A DNA stretch of 64,000 nt from the human T2T-CHM13v2.0 reference genome, Homo sapiens. Under the pieces are notes generated by a model. The model had not been told where the DNA came from and did not search any database. It saw only the letters and a program-made list of their open reading frames with translations. The translations under genes and the position numbers were made by a program. Numbering within the stretch: position 1 is the stretch's first letter; each line of letters begins with the position of its first letter. Below, piece after piece: positions 17,601 through 29,776 of the stretch. The stretch is from NCBI RefSeq assembly GCF_009914755.1, contig NC_060928.1; one strand, given 5' to 3'.

Positions 17601-18944
17601 CATAGGGTGCTGAAGAGTATGACATTAGGGCCTGGGAGTAAGGAACAGGGTCATTATGAGCTTTTTACATGAGGGTTCCAAGGGTGTTCCACTGTAGTTT
17701 TTCCATCCCTGACTTTTGGATCTGTGCTAAGAAAATGTTTACTAGGTAACTGACATCAAGACCCTCTGGAGAGCCCAGTAACTAAAGCTCATTAACAGAC
17801 GAGGCAAATTTTAGGAGCATTCATCTGTCCTCCCTCCATCTGTTTTCCTTGCTCATTTCATTTCTTTCCATAGTATTTTATTGAAGGTCACCACGTGTGA
17901 GACACTGTACACTGTCACTTTTAAACTCATCTCCTGTGACAGAGAGCAAGGAGCTCCTTCCTCCTAACATGACTGACATTTTAGGTCATTCTGATCTTTG
18001 GTTATGCTGAATGTTCTCTACTTTATTGGAAAGTTTAATTCCTCCCACTGGCTACTTGTTTGGGTTATGAATTCTCTACATCATTTTGTGATTCCACTAA
18101 GTTTTGTAGGTCTGTTGTGGCCCATTTATACTCAGGCCTGACTGGTATTTTTACATATCTCTTACTGCAGAAGATTTTCTAGCTTCCATTCCAAGCTCAC
18201 TGAGGATTTCTCACAGACTTTCCTAATATGGTGGGGATCTTAGTAGAGAATATTTATCCTTGTAAAAGAAAATGCCCAGCCCTTCATACCTATATCGTTG
18301 GCTTATTCTATTACTTATTGGAAAATATTTATTGAGTACCTGTCAACTGCAAGAGACTCCATTAGATGCTGGAGATACAAAATAAAATGCCGTAAACCTT
18401 AAAGCCCTCAAAGATCTTTCAGGCAATCTATAAGTTTTCTAGCTCACTGTGATTCCAATGTCCTTTCCATTTGTGAAAGAACACCCAAATGGAAATAAAG
18501 AATAGCAGTCTCTGACTCTCTTCCACACTCATTATCAGACTCCATTCACTCAGTCATTCATCAATTCTCTCAGCAAATATATATTCAGTATCAGGACCTA
18601 TTCCAGTCAGATACTCGAAGAACCTGCCACTACAAGCCTCATCTTCTAGGTGTTCTGATGTCCCTGGTTCTCTTGTTTAACATAAGAACATTCACATTCT
18701 CATTAAACCTAGGTGTAGTTGAAGCCAAGAGTTGGAATGGGATTATGTATCCAGAAAGTGGTGCCATGAAAGGTAGCCTTACTGGCCTTTAGTTAATTTG
18801 TAATGAAGAATCTGTGTTTTGTAATCTTTCCCATTACTTTGCTTTGCCTTTTCTTCTTTTATTGTCTCTTGACTTTTCCATAACAACTGAGCTTGGTGCC
18901 TTTTGGAAACCATCTTTGAGATGACCTAAGGAGGTTGGTTGGTA

Positions 18945-19125
18945 CTAGAATGAGCACAGGTTTTAACACAAGGCAAACCTGTGTTGTAATCCTGGGTTTA
19001 CTATTACTAGTTTTAAGTCATTGGGAAAATGATTTAATTTCTCAGAACTTCAACTTATCCATGAAATGTAAAACAATAAACAAAATAAATTGTGTTAAGT
19101 ACTTGGCACACAGTAAACCTACTTC
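18945..19125 (+). mobile_element. MIR
   Basis: 'gaatgagcacaggtttt...aatcctgggtttactattactag...atgatttaatttctc...aagtacttggcacacagtaa'. Confidence 0.55.
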
Positions 19126-19253
19126 TCCTTAGTTGCCTAGTGTTGTCTTCCTGAAACAGAGCTTGCCTGGAGGAGAAGGGGATCATATGAAAGCAATGAA
19201 CTGGAATCAGGATGATGGATGCCTTATTGGGTGCAGGGAACATCAATTGTTGA

Positions 19254-19639
<386 letters not shown>

Positions 19640-19867
19640 AAAAATATGTTTTTTAGAAGAAAAAAGTTTCTCAGGTTTCTACTTCTATTATATTTTCCAG
19701 GAGGAATACATTTATAGGTATTGACTCAAGTAGGCCCTAGCTGACATCCAAAATAAAATAAGAGATTTTTTTAAGTGTTAAAGTTAAAAAATATGTATGA
19801 TATACCCTAAGGTAGCTGGATTTTATTTAATTCAAAGACATATGCTAGGAGATCTCACCAAAGGACC

Positions 19868-20230
19868 TGTATTAGTTCGTTTTCACACTGCTGATAAAGA
19901 CATACCTGAGACTAGGCTGTTTACAAAGGAAAGTGGTTTAATGGAGAGCCCACAGTTCCATTTGGCTGGGGAAATGTGGAAACTTCCACCATGGTGGAAG
20001 GCAAAGAAGGGCAAGTCACATCTTACGTGAATGGTGGCAGGCAAAGAGAGAGATTGTGCAGAAAAATTCCTGTTTTAAAAATCATCAGATCTTGTGAGAC
20101 TTATTCACTATCATGAGAACAGCACGGGAAAGACTTGCCCCCATGATTCAATTACCTCCCACCGGGTCCTTCTCATAACACATGAGAATTCAAGGTGAGA
20201 TTTGGGTGGGGACACAGCCAAACCATATCA
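19868..20230 (-). mobile_element. THE1B-like solo LTR (ERVL-MaLR)
   Basis: tgtattagtt...gctgataaagacatacctgagact...gatttgggtggggacacagccaaaccatatca. 5-bp TSD gga(c/t)c. Confidence 0.88.
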
Positions 20231-23200
20231 GGATCTATCTTAGAAAATATCACCAAAAGGACAGGCTAGTCTTACCTTATGTGAATCTCTGATCTTTGTG
20301 GCATTTTAGTCATTGTTATCGGTCATAGAGTATTTCTGTGGAGAAGTTCTACTAAACTTTTGCATGTGCTGTGTTCAAAAAAAGCTGGCAGGCAATATGT
20401 AAATGTAATAGTTAAAATTAATAGCCTTAAGAAAAGCTAAAGCTAAAGCCTGAATTAATAATTTGTAATGAATCTTTATCAACTGATAATCAATTGCTGC
20501 TAAAAGAACCACAAAAGCTCTACTATTGGTGGCATTACTATCTTCATAGACAAGGTTACCCTAAAATAAGAGCATCATTAGGAGCTTATTCCTTCCCTTT
20601 CATCCGTGGGAGAAATCTGTTCCTCTTTGTTCAGTCTCACTTTGTTTTTATTCCCACAATCAAAGCAATACTTGGAATTTTGATTATATTAAATTTGAGT
20701 TTGGTAACTGCCCTGGATGACCCAATCATAGACTCCAATTCACGGAAGCTATGAGAGAGTTATTTCATAATTTAAAATGTTAGACCTAGAAAATTTTCAT
20801 AATACGTTAGTTTTTTAAAAAACTGTGGCGTCTGTAAACCCTAATGGATGCTGGATGCTAGACACAGGTTTATTCATATACGTTTATCTGGCCAGGGTTA
20901 CAGTGATATGAAGACCTCTAATCTATTGATGATATTTATTGATTCATAAAGCGAGAGATTAACCATTGTAGTAAAGTGACTGTAGTAACCCATGTAGTAA
21001 ACCACTGTAGTAAACTGGAGAAAAACGAGAGAGGAGAATGGAACAGAAAAAAAATTTATTAGATTTTTGGAACCTGAAACAGAAACAAACTTGAATAAAT
21101 TATAAGATCAAAATTTCTTTATTGCCTGAATTAATCTTCTCATTTTCTTTTACACTTTGACAGAAAAAGGAAAAGTTGGTAGACATTATATTTTTCGATA
21201 TAGCTGTGTACTGAAAATAAAATCAACGTGACTGATAGTTTCAAAAGTGAATTTGAGATGTTACAAGATGACATGCAATAGTTTATAAGTTGGAAATTTA
21301 CATTAAAGGGATATAAATAAATATCAATAAAAAGAGGAAAGGGGGCTTATTATCCTTGTAAAGTAGTTGAGATGGGAATTAGTGCTACCTAGATGCTTAA
21401 CAGCCTCCTCTTGTTAAAATTGTTAACAGGACCCTTATGTATGTAATAGAATTGTAAGGTCAGATGCAGCAACGTGTAGCTGAAAGATGATGAGCTTTTT
21501 CAACGTATATTAACCTTTGTTGACTTTTTTTTTTTAGCGATTTATATCTTTGAGATAGTGGGACTTTCTGAGTCTTCTGTTCTCATTTTTAAGGGAAACG
21601 ATCTATTTTATAGTGTTGTTTTGCAGTTTAAATGGGATAATAAAGTGAGAAAGCACCATTTTCTGCCATGCTCAGCACATATTAGGCCCTCAATGAGCAG
21701 TAGGTATTACTTAGCTTGTAGCAAGATTAACATATGATTACAATTTTTGGGGGTAGAGTTTTATTGATGTGTTCTTCCAATATGAGACTGCTCAGCTAAA
21801 CCTGATATTTTTTACCAGCTAACTTCTCAGGCTGTGACTATTTTGCTTCCTGAATCCTCCTATATTTTCACTTGAATGAGCAGCTGTATATTGAATCACC
21901 CAGCATGGACAGCTGAATAAACTAGCCCTCATCACTGCAGTAAATAAAAGCTCATTTTATTTATTTCATCTTTCTTGTAGCTGTTTTAGTTTGTAAGCAA
22001 TAGGATTTGTTCGCTTGTCATTTGGCTTTCTTTTGGTGTATGAGAAAAATGTATTTCAAAAAAATTGTTGTTTTAAAGGCCCTTAAGGGGAAAGTGATAG
22101 AAAATAAATAGGGTGGAATTGTTTAATGACAATATTTTAGAAAAATTCTTTTTAATGCAGAATATGGTATTTTTATTTTGTGAATTATTATCTGTGGGTC
22201 TCTGAGATCAACTATGTGATCTCTGATTAGTATCATACCTCAATCAGAACAAAATTAGAAACAACTACTCCTTTAAAGGATTATTTTTGTCCACAATGGG
22301 ACATAGCTTTTTTAGATATTTGAAAGAAGAACAAAGGCTTTTTTGGTTCTTATTATTTTAATGTTGTTTTAGTTTGTATAATTGTAGGTGAAGGTCCAAG
22401 GTAAAAACTATGAAACAGTAGTGCCCAGGACTTAAGATGCACAGTCACATACTCTCTGACTTTTTTGTTTGTATTAAGTTATAAAAACAATGTCTGGATG
22501 CGGGTCAATGGCAGTGGCTTCTGGGTAATTAGGCAGTCATATTCAGGAGAACAGAAAGAAATACTATAAACAGAAGTTTAAATTTTAATAGTTACACAGG
22601 TTTGGAGAATGATAGTGCACCTAAATAAGCCACTTGAATTACAGTTGGGACTAATAATTAGGCAGGACTGTCCTTTAAAAAAATAGCACCGAGCCATATA
22701 GTAACCAGAAGAAGTTGTTCTTGTTTTGTGCTTTTCCATTTGGTACTGATAAAGAGAAACTTATGGGGATTAGAAAAAATGTTATATTATCACATTTTTC
22801 TGAGTGAAGCTAATACTAGTTAGCCTTTAAATAGCTTCAGGGCATTGTTTTAGATAGTATTTCACAAACAAAAGATAAATCACTCCAACTGTATTTCCTT
22901 CTGATAGTGCTGAGCACAGTATGTATTTGGCATTATGCACAGTAGGTACTCAGTGAATCTGTTGGACAAATAAATGCATTTGTAGTTTTTACATCAGTTT
23001 CTCAGGTGGTGGAAAAACTAAGACACTAAGCATATTACATAAGAGTTAGAGAAAGGGAATCACTTTGGCTAACATAGGCATTTTTTTTTTTAATATGCTA
23101 TTTGGATCCCTTAAAAGCCACAACACATCAAACATGAAATACACATTTCTCAAACTCTCAATGCTTCTTTCTTTCTGGTTTCAAGAAATACTGGTGGTTC

Positions 23201-23463
23201 CTCCTTAGAAATGTCATCTATATTTTTCTGTTCCATTTTATTTCTACTCCCATTTTCTGCAAATTGCTGTGACCTCGCGTGTGAACAATTGCAGCGCCTA
23301 CTACCCTGTTTTCCAGGCTTTACCCTTCAGCCATGGTGCCTTTCTTCTCTGAATCTAATCTACACTGAAAACAGTGACTGAATAATCTGCAAATAACACA
23401 GCACTTGTTATGCCATTTCTCTCTTGAGAAATAGTTCTTTTGGGGCCCCATGTGTAAATGATG

Positions 23464-24430
23464 ATAAACACAGCCTGAATTCCCTCTCAAAGTTTCCTTA
23501 TATTTTTCAAACCTTGAAGATGGTTAGGAAGTCTGTCTGTGAATTGCATGTGTAGAGTGCTATAATTAATTATAGCAGAAGAAGCTGAAAGTAGGTTTAA
23601 GGAGCTAATAACCAGATTAGGAATATCTGATGCTGGCAGTCAGACCTACCTGTTCATTGGTATCCTTCTCATTTTATGCCTCACAGTTATTCACTTCAGG
23701 TAAACTGATCTGTTTCCCATTTTTAACATCACTTCATTTGGAAGGCTTCCTGGACCCTTTGATGTTTTTATCTGAATCCCATAACCTATTTTAGCATATC
23801 ACATTGAAATGCGATGATTCTTTTACTCACCTTTCCCTGCTTGGACTGTGATGAGTTCTTGGCCCCTCATTTGGACCTCTTGAGGTAGGCACTCATTGTC
23901 TCCCTGAGGCTGGTATATTATAGTCCTTTCATAATCATAAACTGAATGGATGAATTGATACAATTTATAATTTGTGATCTATGCCTTTCAAGCCTTTTGC
24001 TGCCTAAAATGTTCTATCCCTTGCTTTATGCCTATTAAAATCACACCTATCCTTCCTCTCTTTCAGTTAATGCTTATTGAGTGCCTCATATCTGCAGGGT
24101 GTGTTGAGCATGGAGTTGTCAACATACATCTCTGCATGGTCCCTCTACAGCTGAAAGTGGCCCACTTGCCTCTTAAGTTATCATTCTTAGGCACTACTTT
24201 CACATGTAGTTATACATTCAAATCTTTATGTCTTAATATTCCTAATCTGGTTATTAGCTCCTTAAAGCTACTTTCAGCTTCTTCTACTATAATTAATTCT
24301 GCTATATTCTTCTACTATAATTAATTATAACACTCTACACATGCAGTTCACAGACAGACAGACTTCCTAACCATCTTCAAGGTTTGGAAAATATAAGGAA
24401 ACTTTGAGGGGGAATTCAGGCTGTGTTTAT
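23464..24430. repeat. Local inverted duplication, arms 23464-23626 and 24236-24430
   Basis: Manual alignment: 163 bp with 6 substitutions. The right arm carries extra 28-bp and 4-bp insertions. Confidence 0.92.
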
Positions 24431-24569
24431 GTTGAAGAACATTCAATGAGCAAAAAAATTAACAAATCCAAATATTGGTTAAAAGTTGTTAGCAAGCCAT
24501 GGGAACGTGAATGAGGATAAGCATCAAGAGTTTCACTACCAAGTTCTCTTTAAAACAATCCCAGTGGTG

Positions 24570-24780
24570 ATTGGTTGGTGAGTGCTTACCATGAAGAAGT
24601 GTAGTGTTGAGTTCTTTACATGTACTATTTCATTTTATCCTCATGATATCCTATGAGGTGTAAGAAGTATTGACAACCCCATTTTCCTTATCAGGTAAGA
24701 GAAGATGAGTAATATCATTCAAGTCGCATAGCGAGATATCAAGCTCAGGTCTTTTTGAATGCCTGTATTTCTAACCACTG
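24570..24780 (-). mobile_element. MIR
   Basis: 'tgagtgcttaccatg...cattttatcctcatgatatcctatgaggtg...ccccattttc...aagtcgcatagc...ctaaccactg'. Confidence 0.55.
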
Positions 24781-25651
24781 TTTTTGGACACTATAGAGTT
24801 AATTTTTTTTCATCACGCCATATTACACATAATATTTTTTTGTGCTTCTATATCACATTGTTAGAAAAATACCACAAATGGTAACTGTGTACTAACATTT
24901 CTAATATTTTACACAAGATGAAAAGAGAAATAGAGACAAGAAGGAAAATTCTCTTATGGTCATCATAGAAAAACCTGCTTATACTAAAGAAGTAGTCATC
25001 GAATATATACCAATGACCTTAAGTTGACATGTCATCTGGGAAAAGACAATTTCACAAAGGTAGATTTGTTAGATTTGTGCCTTGATATGATACACATGTA
25101 TGGCTTCTATTTATCTGAGTTGTATAGGGATAGATTAGTGAAATAGGTAGATTTTACACATTTCAGGACTCTGTTGATTTAGCAAATGTTTACTGAGTGC
25201 ATACTGTGAGATAGAGCTTGTCTAGGTTGAAGGGACAGAAGAGAGAATGAAACAATAATGTACATTTTTAAGCAGGAAGTCAGATGTAAGCAATTAAATA
25301 GATAACTGCACAGAGACGGAATATCTTTTTCCATATTATGTAGTATATGTAATAAGAAGTATTGCAGAGTATCTATTTATTGATCTTTCAAAGTGAATTA
25401 GCTCAGGAGATATACTTAGATATACTGTTTTGCAAGATTTATGTCTGATATGATACTTAAAGAAGAACTTCCACAGGATTGATTAGTGACAAAATAAAAG
25501 TGCCTTTCAGGGAAAAAATTCTAGTTTGTTTTCATTGCCAATTAAAAGAACCCCGAATCAGATATCTTTATTTGAACAAAAGAGCAACATAAACTATTTG
25601 TTTGAAATTCAATGTGAAAAAAGCTGCTAATTTAAGGTATATCAGATGAAC

Positions 25652-25710
25652 ATTATATATATATATCTGTATATACATACATATATCTATATCTATATCT
25701 ATATATATAT
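25652..25710. repeat. (TA)n/(ATATCT)n simple repeat
   Basis: Directly visible. Confidence 0.8.
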
Positions 25711-26600
25711 GCATAATAAAACACTTCAGCCTTAATGTCATAGAAACAATGTGATAAACAGTGAAGTTGTCATCATTATGATAATAATCATCAAGAGTAT
25801 CATGGGCATAATTTCTGTTTTAATGAAAAAAATTATTTTCCAAAAGTAGCATTTCACTACTGGGGTTTCACAGGAGAATTAAGCCCTGCAGAAAGACACA
25901 CAGATAGTACCATTTCCAGATGCATTCAAGAGAAGTTAATTCATTGTACACAATGGACACCTTGGATAGGGCATTAGTTCTAATTCTCTCACAAAACCAG
26001 AGATGAGAAAGCAAATTGGCAAGTCTCTTGAAATAGATTTCCATGCTATGTGATGCTAATAATTCATGATTATGATGTAGTGTTTTTTGATATGCCTAGA
26101 AATGACAATATTTTTTGTTTCAATTTGGTCAAATTGTTGAGGCCACTGCCACGTTCATGTTGGAGTCATAGTCCTGCAGAAATGCACTTCCACAATCACT
26201 GGGGACAGGCTTTTGTGAAGTTTCAGAGATTGAGACAGAGCTAAATCTTTTGGAATTCAGAAACATGACTATTGATCTAGGGAAAGAAGCATGTTTCCGT
26301 CACTCGGATTTAGTCTGAACTCTTCATTCTAAAGCAGTTTGATTCTGTTTGTAGAAGTATACACAACTAGAAACAGATTGACAATTTCAGTGGTAAATAA
26401 TTTATTCTTTTTAGAAAGTCATATTGACACCTGTAGAGATTTTATAAAATATATCAATTATAACTTTAATTTGTAAGTAGTCTCCAGTAGTATTGCCTGA
26501 GATGTTATAAAAGATGTCAACTGCTTCCTTCCTGAGGATCTATAGTAATAATTTGTGATTTTCTTTTATGTCATTACTTACAATGACAGTTAAATAATAA

Positions 26601-26974
<374 letters not shown>

Positions 26975-28719
26975 GAATTAGCTCTTTCAAGCCTCATAAT
27001 ATCCCTAGAAGGTAAGGACTGCTTGTATCTCCATTTTCAGATTAGGAGCATGAGGTCCAAGGAGGCTAAGTGACTCTAGGGTACTGGAATTTGCAAAGAT
27101 TACACAGCCAGTGAGGGGCAGAAGACAGAATTTGAACTCAGGCTGCTGGCTCTTAGGCATCACCTTGCCTCTGTCCCTTATATCCTCTTATTGCTTTGTC
27201 CTTGTTCTTGACGGTTAATTGACATAACTGTGGAAGAAATTTTGTGAACATAGATAGATATTCCAATTCATGGACAATGTCATGTTCTTGCTTATTTTTA
27301 TGTTTAGTGGATGTCAGTTCGGTGCACTGTTTGCCAGAGAGATTTTCTTATTTCCTGAAGACTCTAAAATCCACTTAATTCAGCCTGCCTTCTGAGGTCC
27401 TTTGCCTAGTTGACTTTTCATATATAATAAAAGATTCCTTGTTTTGATTCCCTTTATTTCTCTTCATTGTATAGGATAGAATGCCATTCCAACATATTTC
27501 AGCTTACTCAGAGCAGATCAGTATGTGATAACATTTATGTGCTTTATTAATACTCAAAAGCATATGAGAAATGAGCAGTATGCACTTCTTGCCTGTGGTG
27601 AGGAAGGAGGGGTTGTAAATGCTGTGAGCATGAGCATGTATGTTCAGTAGTATCATTAATATGTGATCTCAGACACACAGAAAATCTGGTTTTTTTTTTT
27701 TTTTTTTTAGTCAAATCGGATTCAGGATACTTAATGAATGGTATTTAGGCTGTATTGTAATAGTTTTGGGAAAGGCATTATTTTTTAAATCTTGCCATTA
27801 TGGCACAAAAATGAGACTTCAGGTATATATAATTTATTTCAATTTTGTCATGGATTATAATTAAATAAGAATATATTTATGAGGAACAAGCTGTTGACAT
27901 GTTTTTAAAACTTCAGTTGCAGAGCTTAGGGTAGATTAATGCCTATGCAATAAAACAAATTCTTTTAAAGGAAAGAAAAGAATGACCAGCAACTACAAAG
28001 TGTTTACCAGTTGCGAAATTGGTTAAGATTTCTTTATGTATATCATTGTTTGTCCCTTCAAATATATGGCATAAGGGAAGAAAAAGAAATGTAACTTTGG
28101 GGAATATAATATAAAGTAATTTCTTACCATTGAGCAAATTTGTAAAAACATATGAATTGCTTCAATTTATTAACTTTATCCTTCTGAGGAACTTTAAATA
28201 GCCTAGATTATTTCACAGAGTATAATAAGGCCATGCTAATATTTTAGGATGGAGGGCACTGGACTAGAACATAGAACTGGAGCTTAATTCTAACTCTGCT
28301 TCTGATTACCTCCTAGCAGTTAATATCTTTCTTCAGTTTCTTCAGCTGGAAAATAAATTACTAACGCAATATGATTTTAGCTTTTCTTTAAAATTAATGA
28401 TGCTGGGGATAATATTGGATAGCATATTGGATATGTAATTTCTGATCCCTAGGGTACTAGAGGTTGCCAATGTAGTGTGGGTAGAGTATTCTAGTTTTAA
28501 AGCAACTCAAATGACACAGAGATTAGTATTATACTAATAATTTACATTGCAGTCCTTCTCAAACCTGCACACCACAGAGGAATCAGTTTGCCTATTTGAG
28601 TGATACTGGCCTAGCCATATTTACAGTCAATCAGAAGCGTGAACATTTATTGATTTATTTGAAGTCTCCTGTTTTGTATTCTTCTTTGTGGTTGCGTCAA
28701 TTAAGATTATGTTTTAACA

Positions 28720-29097
28720 CACATAATTGAAAAAAATTAAGTAGCTATACACAGTGGAAGTTTATTTTTGTGTCACATAAAGGAAGTTCTGAGATAAGCA
28801 GTCCAGGGTGGTATGACAATGCTGAGAATCAGTAGGGACCCAAGCTGCTTCAACACTCTGCTCTACCATCCTCCTGTGCAACCCTCAACCCCACGGTCAA
28901 GATGGCTGCTTGGCTGCTGCATTCTGGCCATCAAATGGTGCATTTTTGTTACATCTCATTGACCAGAACATTGGCTAGCTATGTGTCCACACTTACGTTC
29001 AGCTAAGACTAGAAAATGTAGTCTTTAGCTGGGCTGCAGTATGCCCGGCTAAAAGTTGGAAGTTGTTACTAAGGAAGTGGAGGAAGTGTCTTCCACA
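28720..29097 (-). mobile_element. MLT1J/K-like LTR
   Basis: 'acatctcattgaccagaac...gactagaaaatgtagtctttagctggg...ttactaaggaag...cttccaca'. Confidence 0.55.
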
Positions 29098-29637
29098 ATG
29101 ATCTACCTATGTTTGTTTTCTTATTTTAAAAAAAAACCCTTAAACTTTATGAATTAAAATTAAAATTTCATCTTATGTCTTTTATAGTATTAACTCCTTG
29201 GTACACTTTTGTGTTTTTTCACTTTGAGAAGTACTGATTTTTATGTGATTATTTAAATTCAATAAACACTGATATAAAATTATATGTGAGCTGCTAATTA
29301 AAAGCAGCAATGTTTTGGATCAGTGGGTTTTTTAACCACTTTCATTGGTATGCAGAGATTTTACCCACCCTGAGCTCACATGGCGATTCTGCAATTGCCC
29401 TGAGGACTTGAAGTGTATTAGGATCATTGATTCTCCTCTCTTCAGGTGCTAAATCTTTTGGGGTGACTCCAGCTGTGTAGTCACATTTGTTGCCTTTGGA
29501 GTTGCATTATTTCAGAATGCCTGGCAATTGGCTTGCCTTGGAGACCTTTTCCAAGCATCTTATCTGCATGTTATCTTCCTGGAACCTTTTGCAAATAGCA
29601 CTTATTAAAGAATTTTTCCACATTTGTATCTATTTAA

Positions 29638-29776
29638 CCCATTTATGCCGGAGGTTGCAATTTTTTGAATTTTTGCATGATTGGAAAATCAGAACTTGGT
29701 GATGACTTGAGCAGTAGGATATAAATAACTCCCACATGCGTAGCATTCCAATAATGGAACACTAGCCATAAGTGGG
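29638..29776 (-). mobile_element. MER85 (piggyBac/PGBD3-derived MITE)
   Basis: 139 bp. TTAA at 29634-29637 then TIR cccatttatgcc. Internal 'gagcagtaggatataaataactcccaca' and palindrome attccaataatggaac (29745-29760). The other TIR is degenerate (ccataagtggg). Confidence 0.88.
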
